A DNA stretch of 47,438 nucleotides, from positions 87,845 to 135,282 of the forward strand of contig JBNGIO010006099.1 of NCBI GenBank assembly GCA_049999805.1, in the 5' to 3' direction. Source of the stretch: Folioceros fuciformis (lineage: Eukaryota). The translations under genes and the position numbers were made by a program. This document shows, in pieces, positions 10,703 through 25,338 of the stretch. The first letter of the stretch is position 1, and each line of letters opens with the position of its first letter. The notes below the pieces were generated by a model. It did no database searches. It saw only the letters and a list, made by a program, of their open reading frames with translations, and was not told the origin of the DNA.

Positions 10703-13083
10703 GACAGAGCAGGAGAGGCGAGCATGGCGCTCCCGGATGATCTGGCCGGCACTGTGTCTATCTCGGTAACCTGTCTTGGCGTCGCCAAGTGCGGCAGCCG
10801 CTTCAGTGGTGGAGAACGCGGCGGCGCCGGCTAGCTGGGGAGCGTCCAGCTGATGGAATCGTGGTGGATCAGCTTGGACTGGGAGGAGGGCTTGCTGGCG
10901 CTGTCGCGGGGCCTGGCCTCGGGATCATCTTGCTTTCATGTGAACGCTTGTGAGGGGGTTTGAGACCCGGGGGCTTGATGGGCTCTTTAGAAGTCTCGGA
11001 ACGGACGGGGCACTTCGTGGGAGGCGGAAGGAAGGGATGTGTTTTTTTTTGAGAGAAAAGGATGGATGGAGTTCTTCGCTTGGTGAGAGAGCAGGTAGTA
11101 GGCGGTGGCGGCTATGAGACCTGAAGGTGGTCCGGAATTGAGTGAGCTTGTGGGAGGGAGCATCAGGCTTGCTTGCAAAGCTGCCTTCGGCGTGAGGAGA
11201 CGCATCTAGGTTTTCTCGTGTGAAAAAAAGACGTCTCGCGGGATTTGGTGAGGTCTTGGTATGAGGCGTCTCTTTGCAAACGAGAAAAGCTGGATAGGCA
11301 GATTCGATGTCCTGGATTCGGCTGACTATGGATGTATGTAGTTTGTGAGACTAGTGTCTGCATCTCCGACGGCCCTCGGCCTCCCGGTGAAGATTTGGTG
11401 TTTTGGTGGAAAGGAGGGACATGTTTGCGTGAGTCCCATGTGCAGTGTGGATGCATCAAGACATCAAGTATGTAATGGGGCAACATGACGACCCTAACCT
11501 GTCTGTGCTCGAATACGGATGCGATACCACGGGTGTGAGTGCGAAGGAATGCGGCTCCCAGTCCTGTCAGTAGCGTGGATGAAGCGATTCAGTTGGCTCT
11601 GAACTATCTTGATACGGTCATGAAGCGTGAAAACCTGCATCTCACAGGCCCATCCGCGGGCAGGAGGACCTCTTTTGCAAGCCTCGGTCATGGGTTTCCA
11701 AATTTTTATTGCTGAGGGACGAAATGGACAAGGTGCGATGCTGTGAAGGATCTTTAGGAGGACGAGGAGCAGCATGTATGCGGCAACAATGCATACTGGT
11801 TCGGGGGCTAGCTCCGTATCCAGCTTCCAATGAGACAGCAGAATCGCCGTCGAAGCCATGGGATCCCGTGTCTGTCGTTGTAATTGTCAGTCAGGCATGG
11901 GAAACTAGTGTGCAAATTTCAAGGTTGAGCCTTGTAGTATCCTTCCTCTTGTCAGGTTGGGTCAGGGTTTGAGAAGTTACTGTTGTCACCCGGTGAGCCA
12001 TCCGGCCTGTCATGTGATCTTACACTGTCTGGTTCGTTGTGACCCAGCGGAAACAGTTTGATCAAATACCGAGAAACCCGCAATTGCAGAGACGAAGGTA
12101 GATCTACACCGCTGGCCTCAGGAGAACGAGGTGTTACTCTGTTCCAGGGAAGACCCGTTCGCACGGTGACGGCTGTAGCCTCTCCCTCCAAGTGGGATGG
12201 CACGAAGCAGGTGGGCTGCATAAGACAAGACGGGAGAGTAAGTTGCGGAGTTTGCACCTACTTCGAGATCACCGGCCCTCAGACACCGTCAACCCATCCA
12301 GGGGGGCGACATCCCGTCCAGTGAGATCTACAACAGCAGCAGCTCGGTTAGCAAGTTAACTGAATGGCGTGGTATCCCAAGCTCAACGAGGCCCTGTTGC
12401 CTTCGACTTCCCCCTTAACAGGACTCACTGTAATGTACTCTCTCGGTGCCTTAGGCCAGTTTTGAAGCGGATATATATAGCAAATGGACTCGGCCGCAGA
12501 TTGCCGTTACATGTGTGGAAATCGGACAATCCGCTAGGTGTTAGCGAAAAGCTTCTTGGGCGGCGAAAGGCTTTTAGCCAAGGCGAAACGTACTCTCGTC
12601 TGTTCTTCTCGCGTTCGGCCACTCGCCGGGCTGTGCTCTGCCGTGCCGTGCTCCGGGCGCTGCTCTGCTGTGCTGCCTCTGTCTGCGTGCCGCGCCTCGC
12701 ATCTTTTGCCCTTAGCTGCCGCCGCAGCCTGGCAGCTCCCTCGACCTATCTCCCCGCGTGTTTCATGACTGTACTGTTGCCGCATTTTTTCCTGCCGGAT
12801 TGGCCTATGCGCCTTCCAGAAACGGCAGGGAACAGGTCTTGTGAGATTGGGATCGATTGAATCACGTCTCTGCAGTTGCAAGTTGAGGTGAAAGTGCAGG
12901 CAGGGCTTGCGGGCCAATTGATCTGTGTAGGAGCGCTCTGGAATGCGCGGTTGATGGGAAGCTCGTTAGATTCAGATGACGGAGCCGGAGATGATGGCCT
13001 GGGAGGTGAAGCTAGACAGTAGTCAGTTGTGGACCGAACGTGGCAGGATAGCCTGACCGGCTGGCTGGCGTCGGAGCCTCAAA

Positions 13084-16000
13084 ATGATCGAGCAGCTTGT
13101 GAACTTCGTAATTCGGCCTCCGAGGTTTGTTTCTACTGCTTGGAGCTCTTCTTGTGCATTGGGCATGTACTACAGCTTCCTCTCTTGGCCCCTTTCACCG
13201 GATTGCTTACGAGGCTGGGACGCGGCGCGCTTTGAGCAGCCGTTGCTTCCTGCTGCCCGATTTCCGCTTAGGGTACTATTTACTGCCTGTTGGACTGCTC
13301 GAGAGCGGTATTGTTAGTTGAGCAATTTGCGTCTACCACTAGCGTATTGTTTAGTAACATTGATGGTGGTCAACGGGTTGTGAGGTGATTAATGTCTGAA
13401 TCCTGTCTGTGTCCACTCTGCACGTGTGCGTTTTGTAATTTGCAGGGCTGACTACAGCGTTCACCGGGATCTTTTGGAGTCTGAGTTTGTGCTCAAGGGT
13501 CGAAGGTATCAGCGCAGAGACCTTGAGGCAAGTCGAGTGCACATGATGCCTTCCCCCGTCCCTCTGTTTCTCTTCGGGAAATTTCGCTATGAGTTGTTCT
13601 ACTAGATCGACTTCCTTGTCACTTAGATTCGTTTAGTTTTGACGTTTGTCTATGTACGTGCAACGGTCGCCGCCACCAGGTCACAAACAGCAGGGGCCAT
13701 GTCCTGCAATGCAGCCACTATTTACCTCGTCATATGTTGGAAGATGCGTCTCTCCCTTGTGTGATATACTGCCATGGGAACAGGTGATGAGGTGTGATTT
13801 TGTGTGGTCCCGGTGGTGGTAGTTGAATATGTTGACTAATATCAACTCCGCACGTGCTGTTTGTGCAGTGGCTGTCGTGCTGATGCAAATGAAGCAGCCA
13901 TTATCCTGCTGCCTTCCAACATAACCGTGTTCACTTTAGACTTCTCAGGTTCTGGTCATTCAGATGGGGAATACGTCAGTCTGGGATGCAATGAGGTATA
14001 AGCGGCCGGCTGTGTTTGATTTGGTTTCTCGTCTCAATTGTAATGCATCCTTGCCTGCTTTATGGTGGGTTTCAAAGTTTGTGGACTTTAGAGACTTGTC
14101 AAGCTGTGGTCTATGCCTCAGCGTTTTACTGAAGACTCTTGGGGCATGTGCAGATGGACGATCTTAAAGCGGTTGTGAGTTGTCTACGTGCTGACAGGCA
14201 GGTTTCTCGAATTGGTCTGTGGGGTCGATCAATGGGTGCAGTTACCAGGTTTGTCGTGCAGCTTGTGGTTTCATTCACCTTCTAGATATTTAGGCATTGT
14301 TTTATTTTTCTTATCCAGTGTTTCCATATATTTGGTGCGAGTCGTTTGTTTTTGCTTATGGTTCACGTGTTTCCTCTGAATGCAGCCTCATGTATGGAGC
14401 GCAGGATCCATCTATTGCTGGCATGGTCTTGGACAGCCCTTTCTCAAACCTGCCCGATCTTATGTTGGAGCTTGTGGATGTCTACAAAATCCGTCTACCG
14501 AAGTTCACGGTACAATTACGTCTTCTTTATCCTCCTATCTGTCATTATTTCTGCTTTCTGGAAGAAAATTGTGGCATTTGGAGTGATCATATTGCAGGTT
14601 AAAATGGCTGTGCAATACATGCGCCGCGAGATTCGCAAGAAAGCACAGTTCGACATTATGGATCTAGACACAGTGAAGGTGGATACATTTTCAACTATGT
14701 GATAGGGAACACGCTCTTTGCAAATATGCAAGATTTTAACTGTCGTCCTGATGTTATTTCTGCAGGTGGCTGCGAACTCCTTCATTCCAGCTCTGTTCGG
14801 TCATGCCACAGATGATTTATTCATTCAGCCACACCACTCTGATGACATTTTTAAGGCATATGCTGTAGGTCCCCATTTCAGTGAAAGGAAGTTACTCAGT
14901 GGTTTGTGGGATTTCCCTTTCATGCCTAAACCGGTAGTGTTTTCTGTCACATGACAGGGTGACAAGAACATTATAAAGTTCGAAGGTGACCACAATTCCC
15001 CAAGGCCTCCGTTTTATTATGACTCAATCACAATCTTCTTCTACAACGTTCTACTCCCGCCGGACAATCCTGTTGCTGAGAGTGCACATGATGATCTGTA
15101 TTATGAAATGGACAACCTGGACATCAATGGAGAGATTGACGCGGTTCAGCCTTGACTTAATTTGATTCATGTCTTACCACTAAATAGTTTAAAGTGGCTG
15201 GCAGTATACCTGACATTGCCTTTGTGCCCTAAATCAGGAAGTGCTCTTGGAGATCATGAATGCAGTGCGCCCAGGGTCCTCGCCACCAACCCCAGCAGTG
15301 CAGGACTCCCCAGGTATTATTTGAACATGTCGTATGGTTGTTGGGGTTTTTGGCTGATGCATTACCAGGATTGGGACTGCGCTCCACAATAATGGGCAGG
15401 GCATCTTTTCTGGTCTGTTAGGTACGGAGTCCACAGAAGAAGCACTCTCTCAGACACGATCCAGGTGGCAGATGAGCAGGACTGAGGTAAATTTCCGTCC
15501 CTCTTGAGAGATAGATATTTGACTGAACATTAAGCATAGAGCATATCTTGTCTTTACAACGGCACCGCGTGGGGCGCTTTTTGATGTGGGGATCGTTTTC
15601 CAAATTGAGATCTGTCCAGTTCCTTTTTTTTATCCAGATTTTCCAATGTCAGAGTGCAGTGATTGTGGCGGTAACCATTGGATTACCTTACTTTTGCTTC
15701 TACAGGTGCCTGCCGATCTCTCAGACCAACCAGATGATCTGTCAGACCTCCTAAAGAAAGGGGTGTACGAAAGGGAGACTTCCGAAGGCTCGGCATCTAC
15801 TTCCTACCTTGATGTGAGCTCTATTCCACGACATGGATTTCTAGTTTGGCTGAGTGGGTGTTTGTTGGTAACAAAAGCCCCTGGTATTGTGGAACAGAAT
15901 GGGGGGAACAGATACGAGTCTCTGCTTCAGGAAGAAGGCCACATAGATCCTAGAGGATCATTGTTTGCAGAAAATGAAGCTCGGCAGCAACAGGTTTATC

Positions 16001-16523
16001 GCTTGTATCCACCAGTGAATGGGTTCCATGAGCCTTGGGCCCTGTACTCGAGTGGAACATCTGGGAGCCCCGAAGAAGAAGAAGATCGATTTGCACACTT
16101 CCCCTCCAATGCAGATGATGAGGAAAGGGTATGTGGGTGCATGCTTGTGTCTGTCTGACGATCGTGGAAGTTTGCTCTTGCTGTTTTAGCGAGAATTAAC
16201 GGTACTATTTCGGGTGGATTATGTAGATGATAATGGAAGCAATTGCTGCATCTCTTCACGAAGCTGAAACTGAGAATACGAGTCTCCATGGTGGTTCAGA
16301 CTCTGCTTGTACAGCTGCCCAAGTAGATGCTGAAGTGAACACAAGTTCACACCTTCCACCGATGTCTGCCGATGCCAAGGTCGACCAAGAAAAACTGCTG
16401 GCTGAGCCGAGTGGGAGCTCCAGCGGCAGCACGCCAACCAACCAACCTGATTCAAATGTAAGTCAACGCTGGAGAAGCCTATTTGGGGCGTTAGGTAAAA
16501 CTCGACGTAGTAACAGCAGATAA
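13084..16523 (+). CDS. Alpha/beta-hydrolase superfamily protein (plant YqkD-like family), about 13-14 coding exons
   Basis: Spliced reading gives MIEQLVNFVIRPPR/ADYSVHRDLLESEF, LPCVIYCHGNSGCRADA, TLDFSGSG, nucleophile GLWGRSMGA, LFGHATDDLFI and FEGDHNSPRP. The C-terminal exon boundaries are less certain. Confidence 0.92.
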
Positions 16524-17123
16524 TGCCTAAGGTGTTTGATTTTCTGAATTTCTGACCGGAGGATTCACACCCTTGTACAATGTGTACTCGCATTAGTATA
16601 CCATATGTGACCTAGGAAAACATTCTTTGATTACTGTTACAGTACGATGTTCTTTGTTGCCCGCAGTGATTTCAAGACAAAGCCTCTGATATCACCAAGG
16701 CCCTGTAAACGCATATATGTATCATTATTTGGCTCCTTTTATATCAGTTCTAGACTTTGAGCAATATGGGCATTTTGATCCTTCACTGCTGATGTTCCCA
16801 GGTAGGCATGCATGTTCTTATGGAGTCTCCACATTTCTCCTCCAAAATTTTCAGGAATACCGGATGGGTGTTTAGTTCATTGATTTATGGAGGTTTATAA
16901 GGTGCGCAGGTGATATGTCAAGTAGTATGTCTCAGGGAAATAAGTTACCATCCAAAATTGTGAGTGCGAGATGTGAGGGACATAGATGGGTCCGTGTATA
17001 AGCTTGTGAAATGAAATAATAGAAAATAATAAGCAGCAAAAAAATGAAGAACGGCTTCTGTAAATTGGGGTCGTAGACTGAGACCGGTGTGGGGTCCAGG
17101 ACAACCACATTTCAATTTGGAAC

Positions 17124-17345
17124 AAAACTCGTTCTCACAAAAACTTCTTCTCTTAAACGAGGAAACCTTTTCTCCCGAAAACTTTTTCTCCTTCAGTGAG
17201 GAAACCTATTCTCATAAAAATCCATTCTCATAAAAACCTATTCTCATAAAAACCTATTCCCCTTTGGTGACGAAACCTATTCTCATAAAACCCTATGCCC
17301 CTTTGGTAAGGAGACCTGTTCTCACATGAACCTATTCTCCTTGTG
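17124..17345. repeat. Degenerate minisatellite with core aaacctattctc(ataa)
   Basis: About a dozen variants of aaacctattctc, with alternating spacer types. Confidence 0.8.
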
Positions 17346-19524
17346 GTGTAAAGGAAAGGTCAGCTCAGAGGTGTTAACATTAAATGCCATGGATCTAAGT
17401 AATAAGTATGAAAGAGATCATTTAATAACTCTTCTAGTTTAAACCTTAGAACACAAAAAGAATATTAATTAATTCATATTTTAATACAATTTTTACCAAG
17501 TCTTTTATTAGTTGACCTATGTTCTTGAATATTTTTTTATCTATACTTTTTGACAAATTTTATTACTTTCATTCATACTATCTATATGGACTCTTTGTAG
17601 AGAATTATGTATTTACATTGATAAAAATAATTAAAAATTTTGACCAATATATTGATATAGTCAAAATTGAAAGAATCTTCTGATGTACAGAATTATTGCA
17701 ACGTATGTACTCACTAAATATTGCAAGCTTTTAAGAAATAGTCAATGTTAAATTAACATATTATTTTAATATCTTAAACTACTATTTTGACAAGGAAGAT
17801 AACACAAAAAAAAGTCATCCCTAAATCGATATGAAAAATGGATCATCTAATGCATACGCAAGTAGAATGCGCGGAGATTGGCCCCTTTTGTTGTCATCTT
17901 TTAACTAAATGAGATGCAAAGAGACATAAGACGCTGTGGAGTTGAAACAAGCTTTTGTGCTTCAAAAGAGATATATTAGTTACAACTATTTAATTAGTTT
18001 TTAGTAATAGAAAATCATTTTGTTTCACATAAGGCCGACTTTGCTTTAGGCACTGTCTAATTCCTTTGCGTTAGGCACTCCATCTAATTAGCCTAAAGAG
18101 CATTCTTCCCTTTAGGGACCCCATCTAAGTATCGATTTAAGTGCAAGATTCTAAGGCGTAATTCTAGAGTTGTTATAAACATGTGTCAATTTGGCCTTAA
18201 CCGTATGGACACAAGGATTTACACATACTTGCAAACACTCATTCCCAATGTGTGGAACAAAGTACATATTGAGAATAAAAATGATGGAAGAAGCTATCTA
18301 TACAAAGACAATGAAACGAAAGGATCTCTTGAAGTCACAAAATTGCAAGAAAATATGCATACTTGCATGCACTCATTCAATTTGCGTGGAATAAAGTACA
18401 TTATATATATTGAGAATCAAAATGATGGAAGAAGCCTATCTTTACAAAGACAAGAGAAGAAAGGATCTCAAAGACAAGGAGAAGAAAGGATATGAAAGTC
18501 AAGGTGAAAAGGGGCATCTAGTTGTCCTTCATGTAAATGGGGCAACAAGAGAAAGGATCTAAGAATCAATGTGCAGCGGGATTATTCAATCAAGGTGCAA
18601 AGCCAAGGAAACATGCGAATCAAAGTGCAAAGTGATAGAGAAACAAGAAAATCAAGATGCAAACGGATGTTTGATCAAGGTGCAAAGCGACCTCAAAAGA
18701 AGTGGCACCTTTAGCCCGAAGCTTGTTGAACAAGTTTGCATGGTCAACAAGAAAACAAGCAACACTATCCTTCACAACCACAAAGCTTTTTTTTTTAAAC
18801 ATGTTTGCGTTGCGAAGGCGAGAAGAGGGCCCGTCCTCACAGCTTTGCATGGTGGAAAGCGAAGTACAGGGGCGTCCTTCAGAACAAGAAAGCTCGTTCA
18901 ACAAGTTTGCATGGTGGACAGCGAATCAAGGGGAACTGTAGTTGACAACAGCGAAGCTTGTACAACAAGTTTGCACCGTGAAAAGCGGAATGGATTGTCT
19001 TCTGCTTGAGCCTTCTTGCGCATGGAAAACAAACCGGATGGAAGAATGCACATAGCCTGTTGGCTCCTTTGACAGGGCAATGGGCTGAGGATCGAGACAG
19101 AGCGCTAGCAAAGAAGGCTCTTGGCCTGATCCTGCGTATATTGCTTGAGACTTCGGATTACAACACTATTTTGTGATTTGCCCGAGGAATGTCCTCGCAC
19201 GCCTAAACCAATCGTTAATGCCTCGCCACTGTTGTTGAAAGCACACACACGTCGCCATACACAGCCTTGATACCCGGTCGACTACAGTCGCGCGGTTCCA
19301 GCACCGTGTGAGAAAAGCTGCAGGAAGCGTGACGAACCCTTAACGTAGCAGGCCCAATTGCTAGAGCGTCCTCGCGTCCCAATCCGTGACAAAAAAGTTT
19401 TTGATAGGCCTCATCTTCTCTCTCAAAGTTGGAAAGCACGAAGGGGAAAAAGTGTCCAATAGCTCTTAGACCCTCGAAGGAGACGACTTGGCCACGAAGT
19501 AATGTCATAAATATATCGAGGTAA

Positions 19525-22750
<3,226 letters not shown>

Positions 22751-23889
22751 AAAGGTAGGCCGAATTATTGGAAACAATCAATCGACAGGGTGGTGGTGGA
22801 AAAGGTGGGTTAGCTCAGGGACGTGGCGGTGATCCGGGGGGTCTCGACAAAGCCCTGGAAACCGCCTCGGTGTATGCCAAAGAAGCTCGAGGAGTAGTTT
22901 CGGACCCAAAACGTTGGGTGATGGTGAGGCATCTCGTCGGTAGAGGTGGAAGAGAAAGCTGGCAGGTGGCAGGTGACCGAAAGGTGAGATGAGGTTGAGA
23001 GCAGGATTTAGGGAGGCAAAAAATTCGCACGTCGCTTGAGTTAACTTCTTTGGAGAAGGGTGGTTCTCTGCATTTTCGCGTTTCACCACAATTGCGAGAG
23101 GGACCTCCTCTTCCCTGTTGATCGGACTAACCACAAATTGTCACAACGTCNNNNNNNNNNCTGTTGATCGGACTAACCACAAATTGTCACAACGTCCTCC
23201 TCTTCCCGAGCAGACCCACTAACCCAGACTTCCAGGAAGATCTTTTCTTCCTACTCCATCCTATATTGTAGCATCCCCGAATTTCGCAGAGGTCTGAGAG
23301 CTACTATTTCTAACAGCTCAGACCAAGCACCTTCGTCTGGATAGTGTGATTTAACCCAGATCCTAGAGCGAATGCCCCTCCTTATTATTCTCACGATCGA
23401 CGACACGAAAAATGGTGGTCAATCTTGTCTAAATAGCCAAAGCTTAAGTCATTCAATAGATGCGCTTGCATCATAATTTTCTCCTTTTGTACGATTCCAA
23501 TATAGTCTAGATACAAAATTATTTAAAAAATGGCCCCCTTTCTTCATAGTTGCAAGTTAATATGGTTATATCAATGGCCACAAAATAAAAACATCCATGT
23601 CCTTCCAAGTAAACAATTATCGCTTTTAATGGAATAAAATCTATTTTAATCATTTTGTTGAGATCCCTTATTAAGATGTCTTTCACATCATATGAGATAA
23701 ATTATTTTGCATGTAATAATTTGCAATTTGCATTATTAAGGAGCTTCGATGAGAATTAGGTTGGTTGAGAGGTGTCTTAAGGAGATAGTGCCTTACTAAG
23801 AAACAACTATTGTCGCACTGTTGCCTCAGCTCTGTCTACCTCAGCTCTGTCTACCCTAATGTATCGTGGTCTACCATAACAAATACTGT

Positions 23890-24420
23890 CGTACTATTGC
23901 CTCAGCTCTGTCCACCCTAATGTATCGTGGGAGTACTATTGGTGGTCCACCATTCGTGGGAGATATATTGCTAAAGGAACACCACCAACGTTTCTTTAAC
24001 CAACCTCTCCAGCAACTCACCACGTTCCTTGTTCATCTGCAATGTACTATACTGAATTGGTGACATAGACCAAAAAAGTCCCTTGCTGCTTCAAAGGCCA
24101 CAACTCGTGCCTCACATGTTGCATCTTATACTGTCAAACGTAGTCGGAAGCTTAATTTTCTGAACATTGGATGCTCCTCGCAGTAACCACAACTGCCAAA
24201 TGCAAGCGACTTCGAATTATAGCTAACCACAACTGCCAAATGCAAGCGACTTCGAATTATAGCTGGGGCAAGCCTCATACATAACAAGCTTGTTACACTG
24301 CGTCACAAGGACAATGATCACAACATGACGATGGACAACCTTGAGATCTTGTGCATGAATTAGGGTTGCAAGTGTATCCAGTAGACAATGGATAGACAAT
24401 GGACTACTGATATCTGCATT
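23890..24420 (-). pseudogene. RPA70 C-terminal-like (Rep_fac-A_C type) zinc-ribbon/OB-fold relic, possibly Helitron-derived
   Basis: Removing one copy of the 40-bp duplication gives MYEACPSYNSKSLAFGSCGYCEEHPMFRKLSFRLRLTV*DATCEARVVAFEAARDFFG, which matches the YxAC..C...CxxC...LrL.v.DxT.....F...a....G pattern. Confidence 0.7.
24184..24263. repeat. Perfect 40-bp tandem duplication
   Basis: taaccacaactgccaaatgcaagcgacttcgaattatagc occurs twice. Confidence 0.97.
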
Positions 24421-24694
24421 TGCGGTGAGAAGAAAATGTGCTGGAATCCAGAAGAAACAATACACCCCAAACTCAACTCTTGTCGTTCCTCTCGTTCTCG
24501 AGTGTTGCATGCGATGCCTCATGGCCTCCTGACTAGAGCAAGCACGGATGCTTAGTGGCGTTGTCTTCTTGGCCTCTCGACCTGAGCGAGCACAAAGGCT
24601 TCGCGACGTTGCTTCTTGGCCTCCCGACTCGAGCGAACACGAAAACTTCGCATCGCCGCTGTAACAGACAAGTAATTTGATTTCTACATTCAAA

Positions 24695-24808
24695 TGTATC
24701 CCGAGTGACGATACGTCCTCGTATGTATACGCTGGGAGATAGACGGGCTACTTCTGTATCTCGAGTAGCGATACATCCTCGTATGTATAAGCTGGGGAGA
24801 TAGACGGG
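24695..24808. repeat. Imperfect tandem duplication with 60-bp period
   Basis: tgtatcYcgagt..cgatacRtcctcgtatgtataMgctggg(g)agatagacggg occurs twice. Confidence 0.9.
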
Positions 24809-25338
24809 AGGTAGCCGGTGGTGTCGTACCGGCGTGCGCGACGTGAAGCGCACGCGTGGGCAGGACGGGTGGCCTCATGGTATGCATGGGGCATGGGCAA
24901 GGTGGATGGCATGTGGTGGGGCCTACGTGTTTGGAAAACCGTGGCAAGGAACTTTGTCCAGAGGTTTAGCATGAGCCGTCGGACAGCCTCAGCAATCATT
25001 ACCATGACTTTTGAGCACGGAGGCAAAAGGCGATTTAAGTTAAGAGTTCCATGTACATAGTTTTGTTGAAGTCCTTGTACGTCAAATATTCCTAATTCCG
25101 CAAGATGAGAATAATTTTCGTCGTATGCGACAAGTAGTGGTAGTCGACGAATTGGAGAATGCTGTAGAAAGGACACATTGCCCTAATCCTTCCCTCTGTG
25201 CCTCAGTCTGCAAAGCTGTATACCCGTCCAGTAGATCCAGAATCAGGCAAACAGGGCCAACATTATGTTTACAAGTAAACCAAATGTGAACGCATTCCAG
25301 TTCACCGTACCTCTGTTTGATATACCAGAAGCGTCGCC

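Noticed and set aside
17124..17345. Possible CRISPR-like array
   Set aside because: Eukaryotic context, degenerate units, spacers that are not unique, and no cas genes.
18569..19009. 146-aa ORF with repeated KLV.QVCMV
   Set aside because: The peptide repeat simply mirrors the DNA repeat; no domain or splice structure supports a gene.
23115..23196. 36-bp direct repeat flanking a 10-N gap
   Set aside because: Typical of an unmerged contig overlap. Filling the Ns with ctcctcttcc would give a real 46-bp tandem repeat, but this cannot be decided without reads.
24223..24693. 156-aa minus-strand ORF as an intact gene
   Set aside because: TTG start, and it terminates inside the 40-bp duplication. 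Only its 3' third belongs to the RPA-like relic.
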